A DNA stretch of 64,000 nucleotides from an uncultured Gemmatimonadaceae bacterium (GTDB taxonomy: Bacteria; Gemmatimonadota; Gemmatimonadetes; Gemmatimonadales; Gemmatimonadaceae). This document shows positions 1 to 9,575 of the stretch, piece after piece (position 1 is the stretch's first letter; every line of letters begins with the position of its first letter). A model generated the notes under the pieces. The model saw only the letters and a list, made by a program, of their open reading frames with translations. It was not told the origin of the DNA and made no database searches. Position numbers and translations under genes: made by a program. Where the stretch lies: the NCBI GenBank assembly GCA_963740355.1, contig CAVUDW010000002.1, positions 2,489,537 through 2,553,536 of the forward strand. Reading direction: 5' to 3'.

Positions 1-54
1 GAAACCGGGCCGAAAGTCGCCCGAAACTCAGTCCGCGATCCCTCTGCAATCCTC

Positions 55-267
55 GAACAAGATCTCTGACCCCTTGATCGGGCGCTACGATCAAGATCTC
101 TGACCCCTTGATCAGGCGCTAAGTCTTTGCCCGCCAATATCTTACACCGCGAAATCCCCGAACAAGATCTCTGACCCCTTGATCGGGCGCTAAGTCTTTG
201 CCCGCCAATATCTTACGCCGCGAAATCATCGAACAAGATCTCTGACCCCTTGATCCGCCTTGATCCG
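55..267. repeat. Tandem array of 71-bp unit repeat (4 core copies of GAWCAAGATCTCTGACCCCTTGATC)
   Basis: Cores at 55-79, 89-113, 160-184 and 231-255, with spacings 34, 71, 71. Near-identical 46-bp linkers at 114-159 and 185-230. A 10-bp duplication CCTTGATCCG at 248-267. Reverse complement of the core at 53441-53763. Confidence 0.95.
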
Positions 268-270
268 CGC

Positions 271-1866
271 TCAGGCGAGGGCGTACTGCGCCGTCACGTC
301 CCGCTGCGCGCCCTTCACGACCAGCTTGTACTCGTCAGGCCGGAGCAGGGGGTCGTCGCGCAGTTCCAGCGGGAACGACACGATCTTCTCGAGCCGCGCG
401 AGGATATCCGGCTCCTGCTCCAGGACGTACATCGCCACATCCGGGTGCAGCTTGACCACCATCGGGTCACGGCGCCCCTCGACGCCGATCCGCTTCACCG
501 ACCGTTCGACCCGCCGCACGATCGTCTCCGGCGTGAAGATGCGCCCGGTGCCGTTGCAGGTCGGGCATGGCTCCGTGGTCGCCTGGAGATGGCTGGCCCG
601 GACCCGCTGCCGCGTCATCTCGATCAGGCCCAGCTCGCTCACCTGGAACGCCTTCGTCCGCGCCCGGTCGCGACCGAGGTGCGTGCGTAGTTCCTGCAGC
701 ACCCGGTCGCGGTTGGCTCGCGTCTCCATGTCGATGAAGTCGCAGACGATGATGCCGCCCACGTCACGAAGACGAAGCTGACGCGCCACTTCGCGCGCCG
801 CTTCCATGTTCGTCTTCATGATCGTCTTCTCGGGATCCTTCTTGCCGGTATACCGGCCCGAGTTGATGTCGATCGACACGAGCGCCTCGGTCGGCTCGAT
901 GATCAGGTACCCACCTGACGGCAAGTCGCACCGGCGCTTGAAGATGTCGCGGATCTCCGCCTCGACTTCGTGCTTGTCGAAGAGCGGCTGCGTTTCCTCG
1001 TAGAGCTGCACGCGATCGACCAGCTCAGGGCCGACGCCCTTGAGGTACTCCACGATCTCGTTGTACAGCTGCCGACTGTCGACCACCAGCTTGTCGACCT
1101 TGGCACTGAACAGGTCGCGAATGATGCCGCGGGCGAGGTTGGTCTCGCGGTGCACCAGCGCCGGCGCGCGCATGAACTGCCGCTTCCGGTTGATCCGCTT
1201 CCAGTTGTTGATCAGGCCCGTCAACTCGCGCTCGAACGTCTCCGCGGTGACGTCCTCGCCGACCGTGCGCACGATGACGCCACCGGCATCCTTCGGCAGG
1301 AAGGCATTCACCTGCTCCTTGAGCCGCTGACGCTCGGCGCGCTCGCCGATCTTGCGGCTGACACCAACCCGCGATGCGAACGGCATGTACACGAGGAACC
1401 GGCCGGCCATCGAGACCTGCGCGGTCACGCGCGGGCCCTTGGTCGAGATCGGCTCCTTGCTCACCTGCACCAGGATCGTGTCACCGCGCTTCAGGACATC
1501 CTGAATCTGCGGCGCTTCCTTCTTTGGCGGGCGTCCGGAGGTCGGCGTGTCGCTGCCGCGCGAGGCCGCATCCTGCGCAGCTTCGGCCGCGTCCTCGCCG
1601 TCGTTTTCATCGTCGTCATCGTCATCGTCGTCATCCGTCTCGTACACGAGATCGGAGGCGTGCAGGAAGGCACTCTTTTCCGTGCCGATGTCGACGAACG
1701 CAGCCTGCAACCCTGGCTGGACCGCTTCCACGCGACCGAGGTAGATGTCGCCGACCATGCGGCGTGCCTCGGGACGCTCGACCAGCAGTTCAACCAGCTG
1801 GTCGTCTTCAATGATGGCCACGCGCACTTCACGTGCGGCGGCATTGATCAGGATGTCACGCTTCAT
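271..1866 (-). CDS. Rne/Rng family ribonuclease (RNase G/E catalytic domain)
   Basis: S1 motif GDIYLGRV...AAFVDIG, KEPISTKGPRVT, IDINSG, RLRDVGGIIVCDFIDM and Zn-link CPTCNGTG. Start moved to ATG at 1866 (MKRDILIN). Confidence 0.95.
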   Translation of the reverse strand: MKRDILINAAAREVRVAIIEDDQLVELLVERPEARRMVGDIYLGRVEAVQPGLQAAFVDIGTEKSAFLHASDLVYETDDDDDDDDDENDGEDAAEAAQDAASRGSDTPTSGRPPKKEAPQIQDVLKRGDTILVQVSKEPISTKGPRVTAQVSMAGRFLVYMPFASRVGVSRKIGERAERQRLKEQVNAFLPKDAGGVIVRTVGEDVTAETFERELTGLINNWKRINRKRQFMRAPALVHRETNLARGIIRDLFSAKVDKLVVDSRQLYNEIVEYLKGVGPELVDRVQLYEETQPLFDKHEVEAEIRDIFKRRCDLPSGGYLIIEPTEALVSIDINSGRYTGKKDPEKTIMKTNMEAAREVARQLRLRDVGGIIVCDFIDMETRANRDRVLQELRTHLGRDRARTKAFQVSELGLIEMTRQRVRASHLQATTEPCPTCNGTGRIFTPETIVRRVERSVKRIGVEGRRDPMVVKLHPDVAMYVLEQEPDILARLEKIVSFPLELRDDPLLRPDEYKLVVKGAQRDVTAQYALA

Positions 1867-2216
1867 GCACGCCTCGCGGCACCGCGTGAGGCGACCCTTG
1901 CACACGCAGCCCGTGGGCTGACCAACGTGAAAGTTGACCGACACGCGGACGCGCGCCGGCCACCAGCGGATGCCGCACTACGCGCCTCACCCGGTCGAAT
2001 CAGCGTTGCCCGCCCGCAAGACTTTGCGGCTCCGCGTGCGCGACTGCGACCGGTGGCCATCAGCTGATGGCCGGTGAAACGAGTACGGCCTGATTCACCC
2101 AACGCCGCAATTCCAGCGCCGACTGCAAATCAGGGGCAAACACACCATTGCGGGGGTCGCTCCGCAACAGCGATCGGGCGCAGCGCACTCAGGCGCGCCG
2201 CACAGCAACGGGAAGG

Positions 2217-2858
2217 CTATCGCGGCGTCACGCCGGACGGCACCCCAGTCGAGAGTGAAAAGCCAGAACCGGAGATTGGCCCGCCCTCATTCGGCGCATG
2301 TCGGAACGGACTGAAGATCAGCCAGAGCAGCACCACCAGGAATCCGAGCCCGGCCTGCCACTCGTTGTGACGCATGTAGAGCTTGAAGCTGAAGGCCCCC
2401 GACCGATCGGCACCCACCGGCCCCGACCAGGCAGACAGCCGAGGAATGAACGCCGGCACGTTGGCCTCGTATTCCGCATACGCCGCACCGTAGAGCCCGC
2501 GCAGGAAGTCACGCTCGCGTTCGATCGTCGGCTTGTAGACCACCAGCCAGAAGACCAACACCAGAATCACGGCCACCCAGTGCGCCGCGATCCCGAAGCC
2601 GAGCGCCAGCAGGAAGCTCCCGAAGTAGAGAGGATTGCGCGTGTGCGCGTACGGACCGGTCGTCGTGAGGACCTGATTCTTCACGATGTGCCCCGTCGAC
2701 CAGGCTCGGATCAACGCACCGAGAAAGGCCACAATCCCCCCGACCAGGATCCGGTCGGGGGTCGCATACCGCGGAGCGAACCAGAGAAAAGCCGCGCCAA
2801 AGAGGAACCCGAGCGGAACGCGGATCCGCTGCGTCAGCGATCGTTTTCCGTCGTTCAC
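2217..2858 (-). CDS. Isoprenylcysteine carboxylmethyltransferase/PEMT family membrane protein
   Basis: LTTTGPYAHTRNPLY and ERERDFL...YG..YAEY...VPAFIP motifs, hydrophobic helices, GTGA overlap with the upstream stop. Confidence 0.85.
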   Translation of the reverse strand: MNDGKRSLTQRIRVPLGFLFGAAFLWFAPRYATPDRILVGGIVAFLGALIRAWSTGHIVKNQVLTTTGPYAHTRNPLYFGSFLLALGFGIAAHWVAVILVLVFWLVVYKPTIERERDFLRGLYGAAYAEYEANVPAFIPRLSAWSGPVGADRSGAFSFKLYMRHNEWQAGLGFLVVLLWLIFSPFRHAPNEGGPISGSGFSLSTGVPSGVTPR

Positions 2859-4072
2859 CCGGTGATTTCCTTGACCAGATGGCGGGCAATCACAAGGCGC
2901 TGGATCTCCGATGTGCCCTCACCGATCTCACAGATCTTTGCGTCGCGCATGTATCGCTCGACGGGATAGTCCTTGGTGTAGCCGTAGCCGCCGTGGATCT
3001 GGATGGCCTTCAACGTCGCGCGCATCGCCAATTCCGAGCAGAAGAGCTTGGCCATGGCGGCTTCCTTGCCGTACGGCTTGCCCTGCTGCGCCAGCATGGT
3101 GGCGTGGTACGTGAGATGCTTCCCCGCCTCGATCTCGGTGGCCATGTCGGACAGCTGGAACGACACGCCCTGGAAGTTCACGATCGATTGCCCGAACTGC
3201 TTGCGCTCGATCGAATACTTGCGCGCCTCCTCGAACGCGCCCTCGGCGATGCCCAGCGAGAGCGCGGCGATGCCGATGCGGCCTGCGTCGAGTGTGCGCA
3301 TGAAATTGATGAACCCCATCCCTTCTTCACCGAGCCGATTCTCGACCGGCACCTCGACGTTCTCGAAGATCAACTCGCGCGTGTCGCTGGCGCGCCAACC
3401 GAGCTTGTCTTCCTTCTTCCCGGCGCGGAATCCCGGCATCGGCACGATGGAATCGTCATGCCCGATGCCAACGGCCCTGGCCGCCGCGAGGTCGACGGTT
3501 TCCTTGGTGAGGATGAAGGAACTGATGCCCTTCGTCCCCGCCGCTGGATCGGTGACTGCCGTCACGATGAACACTTCGCCAACACCCGCATGGGTGATGA
3601 AGCGTTTCGTGCCATTCAGGATATAATGGCCGTTCTTTCGGACCGCCGTCGTCTCCGTTCCACCGGCATCGCTACCGGCGTTCGGTTCCGTGAGGCCAAA
3701 GCCGCCCAGCACCTTGCCGGCGGCCAGCAACGGCACGTACCGCTGCTTCTGCGCGTCGTTGCCGAAGTACACGATCGGAGATGTGCCGAGCGTGGTGTGG
3801 GCCGAGATCGTGATCGAGTGGCTGGCGCAGACCTTGGCCAGTTCATGGATCGCGATGATGAACGCGGTCTGGTCGAAACCTGTACCGCCCAGGTCCTCCG
3901 ACCATGGAATGCCGAAGAGACCGAGATCGGCCATCTTCGCAATGTTTTCCCACGGGAACGACGAGTCGGCGTCGTGCTTCGCAGCGACCGGTCGGATATG
4001 GTCTTCTGCAAAGCCCCGGACCATTTCCCGGACCTGCAAGTGCTGTTCGTTGAAGTAAAGCGAGTCGTCCAT
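2855..4072 (-). CDS. Acyl-CoA dehydrogenase (short/branched-chain type)
   Basis: FGLTEPNAGSDA, LNGTKRFIT, RKQFG, IQIHGGYGY, IGEGTSEIQR. Start at ATG 4072. Confidence 0.95.
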   Translation of the reverse strand: MDDSLYFNEQHLQVREMVRGFAEDHIRPVAAKHDADSSFPWENIAKMADLGLFGIPWSEDLGGTGFDQTAFIIAIHELAKVCASHSITISAHTTLGTSPIVYFGNDAQKQRYVPLLAAGKVLGGFGLTEPNAGSDAGGTETTAVRKNGHYILNGTKRFITHAGVGEVFIVTAVTDPAAGTKGISSFILTKETVDLAAARAVGIGHDDSIVPMPGFRAGKKEDKLGWRASDTRELIFENVEVPVENRLGEEGMGFINFMRTLDAGRIGIAALSLGIAEGAFEEARKYSIERKQFGQSIVNFQGVSFQLSDMATEIEAGKHLTYHATMLAQQGKPYGKEAAMAKLFCSELAMRATLKAIQIHGGYGYTKDYPVERYMRDAKICEIGEGTSEIQRLVIARHLVKEITG

Positions 4073-4215
4073 TAGGCAGGCGTTGGGGGCAGCCACGTGT
4101 GGGCGCCCGTAAACCGGGAAGTTAGCGGATGGTGCTGCGGTCGGTGATGCAGGATGTGATTGAAGTCTCGGGCGGTGTCGACTGTTTCAGACGCACACCC
4201 TCGCCCTGATGTTTC

Positions 4216-6279
4216 TCAGCGTCCGTGTGCGCGGATCACGTCCAGGAATGGCTCCGCATACCGCTCGAGCTTGACGGGCCCGACACCCGGCAGCGTGGCC
4301 ATGGCGGCAGTCGTCAAGGGCCGCCGCGTGGCAAAGGCGGCGAGGGTGGCGTCTGGGAAGACCACATAGGCCGGCTTGCCGGCCGCGAGCTGCGCACGAC
4401 AGGCCTTGAGCGCGTTGAACAATTCCGTGTCCGACTCCGTGACGGCTCCACCCTTCTCGGTCTGCTTGCGCTGCTTGTCCCGCCGCTCATTCGGATCGCG
4501 CGGCGCCTTGGTGCGGGCCGCGCCGCCGGTCGCCCACGCGCTGCGGATGGCGGGTGCCGCTCGGCGTTCACCGAGACAGTTGTCACACGCGCCGCACTCC
4601 GCGCGGGCCGCCGGGTCGCCGAACCATTGCAGCAACGCCTGGCGACGACAGGTGGTGGCGTAGGCGTAGCGCTGCATGGCTTCGAGCTTGTCGAATTCGC
4701 GTTGCCGGCGGCGATCGATCGAACGCCAGTCGATGGTGACGCGGTCGAGCGACATCGCTGGATCCACCAGTCGCAAGCCGCCGCCGACACGCTCCAGGGC
4801 AACGAACTGTCGTGATTCCAGGCGCTCCAGCATCGGGAACGATCCCGCGAATCCACCGAACGCGGACGGCAGCACATCGAGGTCGATGATGGCGCCACGC
4901 GTGAGTTGATCCTTGGCCATTCGCCAGCAGGCTCGGAGCAGGTCACGCTCCATTTCGAACCCCGCCCCGAGTTCCTCGCGAATGCGCTCCGGCGTCGCGA
5001 GCAGGCGGAGTCGGACCAGCCCGGCTGATTCTGGATCCCACCGCAGGACGCCAGCGTCCGCCAGCACACGGAGCGCGGATTCCACGGCCTTCGACGACAC
5101 CTTGCCACCGATGCCGCCGGCCAGTTCGTCTGCTGTTGCCGACACCACGCCGCCACGGTCCGCTTCTCGCTGGCACCGACGGTGCACTTGCTCGATCAGC
5201 GCGCGATCGGGCAGTGCGGACTTGATGAAGAATTCGTGTGTGAAGCGATCGGGGAACGCGTGCAGCAGCACACAGCGGCTCTGCTGGCCGTCACGTCCCG
5301 CACGGCCTGCTTCCTGATAGTACGCCTCGAGGGTGCCTGGCATCGCGTAGTGGACGACCAGTCGCACGTTCGACTTGTCGACGCCCATGCCGAAGCTGTT
5401 CGTGGCCACGATGACCCGTGTGCGCTCGGACATGAAATAGTCCTGCACACGTCGGCGACGTTCGTCGTCGAGGCCGGCGTGATAGGCGCTGGCTGGCACG
5501 CCCTGGTCATCGAGATACTGGGCCATGCGCTCGACGGTCTTGCGCGTCGACGCGTAGACGATGCCGGTGCCGTCCTCGAGGTTCCGCAGCAGGTCGAGCA
5601 CCACGGCGTCCTTCTCGCGATCACCCTTGGCGGCGATCACCTGGTACGAGAGGTTCGGCCGATCGAACCCGGTGACGATGATTTCCGGATCCTGCAGGTC
5701 GAGGATGCGTGCGATGTCTTCGCGCACCACCGGTGTTGCGGTCGCCGTGAGGGCGATTGTCGGCGGATTGCCGAGTCGCTGCCGCACCTCACCCACGCGT
5801 CGGTAGCTGGGACGGAAATCATGTCCCCATTCGCTGATGCAGTGCGCCTCGTCCACCGCCAGGAGCGCCACGCCGATGGCCTTCAAACGCTCGGCCGTGG
5901 CCCCGACATCGAAGCGCTCCGGGGCTACGTACAGCATCTGGATCTCGCCGCGCTGTGCGCGCACCAGGCGATCAGAGACTTCCGCACTGGACAACGTGCT
6001 GTTGATGAACGCGGCCGCGATCCCACGTCGCTCGAGCGCGTCCACCTGGTCCTTCATCAGCGAGATGAGTGGGGACACCACCACCGTCAGGCCGCGTGTG
6101 ATCAGCGCGGGCACCTGATAGCAGAGCGACTTGCCACCGCCGGTGGGCAGCACGACGAGGGTGTCGCGCTTGTCGAGCACACTCCTGATGGCACGTTCCT
6201 GCCCGGGGCGAAACGCAGGATAGCCAAAGCGATCCTTGAGGACCGCCAGCGCATCATCGAATGTGGGAGAGTTCAGCAT
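4216..6279 (-). CDS. recQ: RecQ family ATP-dependent DNA helicase with C-terminal HRDC
   Basis: PTGGGKSLCYQ, DEAHCISEWGHDFRP, YYQEAGRAGRDG, Zn motif CRR...CGACDNC, HRDC PAYVVFPDATL. Confidence 0.95.
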   Translation of the reverse strand: MLNSPTFDDALAVLKDRFGYPAFRPGQERAIRSVLDKRDTLVVLPTGGGKSLCYQVPALITRGLTVVVSPLISLMKDQVDALERRGIAAAFINSTLSSAEVSDRLVRAQRGEIQMLYVAPERFDVGATAERLKAIGVALLAVDEAHCISEWGHDFRPSYRRVGEVRQRLGNPPTIALTATATPVVREDIARILDLQDPEIIVTGFDRPNLSYQVIAAKGDREKDAVVLDLLRNLEDGTGIVYASTRKTVERMAQYLDDQGVPASAYHAGLDDERRRRVQDYFMSERTRVIVATNSFGMGVDKSNVRLVVHYAMPGTLEAYYQEAGRAGRDGQQSRCVLLHAFPDRFTHEFFIKSALPDRALIEQVHRRCQREADRGGVVSATADELAGGIGGKVSSKAVESALRVLADAGVLRWDPESAGLVRLRLLATPERIREELGAGFEMERDLLRACWRMAKDQLTRGAIIDLDVLPSAFGGFAGSFPMLERLESRQFVALERVGGGLRLVDPAMSLDRVTIDWRSIDRRRQREFDKLEAMQRYAYATTCRRQALLQWFGDPAARAECGACDNCLGERRAAPAIRSAWATGGAARTKAPRDPNERRDKQRKQTEKGGAVTESDTELFNALKACRAQLAAGKPAYVVFPDATLAAFATRRPLTTAAMATLPGVGPVKLERYAEPFLDVIRAHGR

Positions 6280-6385
6280 GCGGGAACGCGTGGAACGGCG
6301 TGACTGTCAGGGCGCACGCCGTCCAGCATCACCGGGCAAGTCAGCGCCGCGTCATCGCGGGCTGCAGGAAATTGCACCGCTGCAA

Positions 6386-6832
6386 TCAGGTGATGAAGCC
6401 AGCCTTCGAGGCCTGCTGTGATTCCCAGCGGGCCTTCAGGCGCGCGCGGCGGCGCTCCATCTCCTCCAGCGCGTCCGGCATCGCCATCACGACCTTCTCG
6501 ATGTTCGCGCAGATGCTCGGCCCCATCCGCCCGCGCAATTCGCCGAGGAAAGGATGCACCTTGGCGAAGGTGCCGATGATCTCACCGTGCGATGCCACGA
6601 ACGACTCCTGGTCGATGGCACCAGTCACCACCATGGATGCGGCCATGTCCCAGTAGCCGATCACCATGCGCATCCATGAATTCTTCTCACCCATCTGCTC
6701 CTTCAGGTATTCGTCGAAGGTGGCCGGATGGAATTCGAGCAGGAACCAGTCGCGCGCCTTCCGCAGCAGCGGTTCGCGGCGAAGATCGAACAGCTGGATG
6801 TTGAGCTGCGCGGATTCAAATGGTGTCGGCAT
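6386..6832 (-). CDS. Conserved hypothetical protein (DUF4760-like)
   Basis: Protein-like segment of the 6386..7048 ORF from ATG 6832 (MPTPFESAQL...DLRREPLLRKARDWF...GYWDMAASMV). Follows the U32 gene by 30 bp. Confidence 0.7.
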   Translation of the reverse strand: MPTPFESAQLNIQLFDLRREPLLRKARDWFLLEFHPATFDEYLKEQMGEKNSWMRMVIGYWDMAASMVVTGAIDQESFVASHGEIIGTFAKVHPFLGELRGRMGPSICANIEKVVMAMPDALEEMERRRARLKARWESQQASKAGFIT

Positions 6833-6861
6833 GAGTGTGGCAGTGGGTGATGATACGATGG

Positions 6862-9348
6862 TCAGACGGCGCGCGCGAAGTGTCCGCGCGTGAACGCCTG
6901 GCCATACAGGGCACGCACACGATCGGTGCCGGCACGCTCTCCGGCTTCCAGCTCGTCGATCATGGCGCGATAACCGGCCACGACATCGGCAACAGGGTCG
7001 CCTGGCACGTTGAACAGCAGGCGATAGTGACGGATGCCGCCACGCCACAGGCGCGGCAGGTACTCTCCCGCCTCGATCGGTCGCGAGTGCAGGAGTCGAT
7101 TGCGGCAGGCACTGTCAGTGGCCACCGGGAAGGTGTACCCGGCGGGATCGGTAATCGAGACGTTGGTGTGTTTCTGCACGCAGAGATCGCGACAGGTCGT
7201 CACCACGCGGTCGAAGGCAGCCGAGAGCACACAGTGTTCGATGGTCATGCCCTCGGGGCGACCGAAGACCACGGCATCGAAGGTGGCACCCTTCCACGGC
7301 TCGCTCACGGCCAGCATCTCATCAACGGTATGCTCGACCGACAACGTCAGTCGGCGCGCGCCGAGCGAAAAGAACTCCGCCGCCGTGTGCTGGTTGAACA
7401 CGTTGAGCGCGTAGTCGCCGGTCACGTCTCGCCCTTCTGCGGCAAGCTCGGCGAGCAGGCCGAGATGGCCCGTCTGGATCGGCAGCATGAGTCCGAGCCA
7501 CTTGCTGACTGCACGCCGGTCTTCCGGCCGAACGATCGTGGGTGTGCGGAGGCGCAGCCCGACGCCCTTGGCGATCAATTGCTCCTGCAACGCCTTCACC
7601 TTCGAGAGCGAAGGTGCCGGGTGCCGCAGGAACGGATCGAACACGATTTCCGTCGCACCCGCCACGGCGGCCGTCAGCGCGTCCTCGATCGAGTAGACCT
7701 CTGCAATCAGCGCGGTGGTCGATTCCGCCGGGATGGTATCGGGAGACTCGATCGCGACGGCGATTGCGGACTCGCGAGCGGCGAGGCGGGACTGCTCTGC
7801 CCAGTCGCGTTGCACCAGCAGCTGGTCAACGATGTCCTGTCGCAGGCGGTTGAGGGCGCTGACTGGCAGGAAGAGATCAGCCGACAAGCCGCTCCGATCG
7901 AGCACCCCGAGCGCAAAGGGTGTCTCGCCAAGACGACCGAGCTGCTCACGGAGCATGGTGTCATCCAGCGCGCGCTTGGTTGCCGGCGCCAGCGCCGTCT
8001 CGCTGCGGGCGCTGACTTCGTCATCGCCACAGGTCGCGACGAGCTTCAATGGGCCGCCAGCGCTCCCGAAGAGTCGCATGTCGAGCCGGTGCTTCCGCTT
8101 CTGGATGTTCGTCGGCAGTGCCGCGTAGCTCTCGCGAGCGGCTGCGAGCAGCGCAGCATGCGACGAGCGTACGACCGTCCAACCGATCGGGATGCGCTGC
8201 CGGGTGGCAATCACCTGACGGAAACGCCCATCCTTCTTCGACACGGTGCGGACGGCGGTGACGGAGAATCCAACGGCCTTCGTGCCGCCTGCTTCGGGCG
8301 GTTCAAAACCAACACCGTCCCCGACTTCGATGGCATGACTGACGTCCACGGTGAGCTCGCTGGCGCTGGCGTCGATCACCGTGCCGAGCGTCATGCCGTG
8401 GTTGTCAGGCTGGTCGCGCGTGATGTAGTCGCGACCCGCCCGCCCGCCGTACATGCCGCCGGTGTTGCCGCGGCTGTAGATCTGCACGAGAGGCTCGGTC
8501 TCGACGATGCTCGGCGGCGTGCGATCACCCGTTGCCAGGCGCGTCAGGAAGCTGCGATAGCCGTGGGTGACGGTGGCCACGTACTCTGGCTTCTTCTTCC
8601 GACCTTCGATCTTCAGGCAGCCAACACCAGCATCCGCGATGTCGGCGAGATGATCATGTGCCGCAAGATCCTTGGCGCTGATGAGATAGCCGCGATCCAG
8701 CTCACTGCCATTCGACTCATCGGTGAGCACATAGTCCTTGCGACAGCTTTGCGCACACGATCCACGATTGGCGGAGCGCTCCGAGATCATGCCGGACATG
8801 TAGCACTGTCCGCTGTACGAGATGCAAAGCGCGCCGTGAATGAACGTTTCGAGGCCGAGCTCAGGCACGGCGGCGCGAATGGCGCGAATGTCGTCGAGCG
8901 TGTTCTCGCGTGCCAGCACGACGCGCTCGACGCCAAGCTTCTGCATCACCAGCGCGCCGGATTCATCATGCACGGTCATCTGCGTCGAGCCGTGGATCTC
9001 GAGACTCGGATAGACCTGGCGGATGAGCCGAACGACGCCGATGTCCTGCACGATCGCGGCGTCGATGCCACGATCGATGCACTCACCGAGGTAGCTCAGC
9101 GCGATCGCCAGTTCTGACGGCTTGACGAGCACATTGAACGTCAGGTAGATGCGTGCGCCGTGTTGATGCGCGAGTCGGCAGGCCGCCTCCAGCTCATCCA
9201 GTGTGAGCTGCGCCCCTTCGTCGCGCGCATTGAACTGCTCGGCGCCCAGGTAGACGGCGTTGGCGCCATTGGCGACGGCCGCGCGGACGGCGTCAAAGGA
9301 GCCGGCTGGCGCGAGCAATTCGGGGACGGACCCTGCGGTACGAGACAT
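6862..9348 (-). CDS. Peptidase U32 family protein with DUF3656-like C-terminus (RlhA-like RNA hydroxylase)
   Basis: PELLAPAG, IHGSTQM, HGALCISYSGQC, NRGSCAQSCR (Fe-S cysteines), LKIEGRKK, C-terminal FTRGHF. Start at ATG 9348. Confidence 0.9.
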   Translation of the reverse strand: MSRTAGSVPELLAPAGSFDAVRAAVANGANAVYLGAEQFNARDEGAQLTLDELEAACRLAHQHGARIYLTFNVLVKPSELAIALSYLGECIDRGIDAAIVQDIGVVRLIRQVYPSLEIHGSTQMTVHDESGALVMQKLGVERVVLARENTLDDIRAIRAAVPELGLETFIHGALCISYSGQCYMSGMISERSANRGSCAQSCRKDYVLTDESNGSELDRGYLISAKDLAAHDHLADIADAGVGCLKIEGRKKKPEYVATVTHGYRSFLTRLATGDRTPPSIVETEPLVQIYSRGNTGGMYGGRAGRDYITRDQPDNHGMTLGTVIDASASELTVDVSHAIEVGDGVGFEPPEAGGTKAVGFSVTAVRTVSKKDGRFRQVIATRQRIPIGWTVVRSSHAALLAAARESYAALPTNIQKRKHRLDMRLFGSAGGPLKLVATCGDDEVSARSETALAPATKRALDDTMLREQLGRLGETPFALGVLDRSGLSADLFLPVSALNRLRQDIVDQLLVQRDWAEQSRLAARESAIAVAIESPDTIPAESTTALIAEVYSIEDALTAAVAGATEIVFDPFLRHPAPSLSKVKALQEQLIAKGVGLRLRTPTIVRPEDRRAVSKWLGLMLPIQTGHLGLLAELAAEGRDVTGDYALNVFNQHTAAEFFSLGARRLTLSVEHTVDEMLAVSEPWKGATFDAVVFGRPEGMTIEHCVLSAAFDRVVTTCRDLCVQKHTNVSITDPAGYTFPVATDSACRNRLLHSRPIEAGEYLPRLWRGGIRHYRLLFNVPGDPVADVVAGYRAMIDELEAGERAGTDRVRALYGQAFTRGHFARAV

Positions 9349-9404
9349 TCCTGAAAGATAGCGACCCCGGGTGCCTGCGGGGCCGTCCAGGGCCCCAGGC
9401 GAGG

Positions 9405-9575
9405 TCAGTCGGTCGGTCCGCGCTCCGTGCGCTTCCGGACGAACCGGAGGATCAGCGCCACCGCCAGCGTGCCGATCGCGGCCAGGCGAAAGGGGTCGCT
9501 GTCCTCGAGAACGCCGTACCCGAACATGCCCGCGCCGATCAACGTGAGCGCGATCTGGACGGTGATGATGGTCAC
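9405..9575 (-). CDS. Small (56 aa) two-helix membrane protein
   Basis: Translated by hand: MTIITVQIALTLIGAGMFGYGVLEDSDPFRLAAIGTLAVALILRFVRKRTERGPTD. The GTG start overlaps the upstream TGA (GTGA) and the tail is basic. Confidence 0.7.
   Translation of the reverse strand: MTIITVQIALTLIGAGMFGYGVLEDSDPFRLAAIGTLAVALILRFVRKRTERGPTD

Noticed and set aside
1595..1640. (TCG/TCA)n microsatellite
   Set aside because: It simply encodes the poly-Asp insertion in the S1 domain of the ribonuclease.
1867..2216. RNase P RNA or other known ncRNA upstream of rne
   Set aside because: No GAGGAAAGTCC or other diagnostic motif was recognised, so it is kept only as a candidate leader.
6281..6296. GGAAC repeat upstream of recQ as a LexA box
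   Set aside because: The period is 9 bp rather than 11 and the sequence does not match TTCGG.
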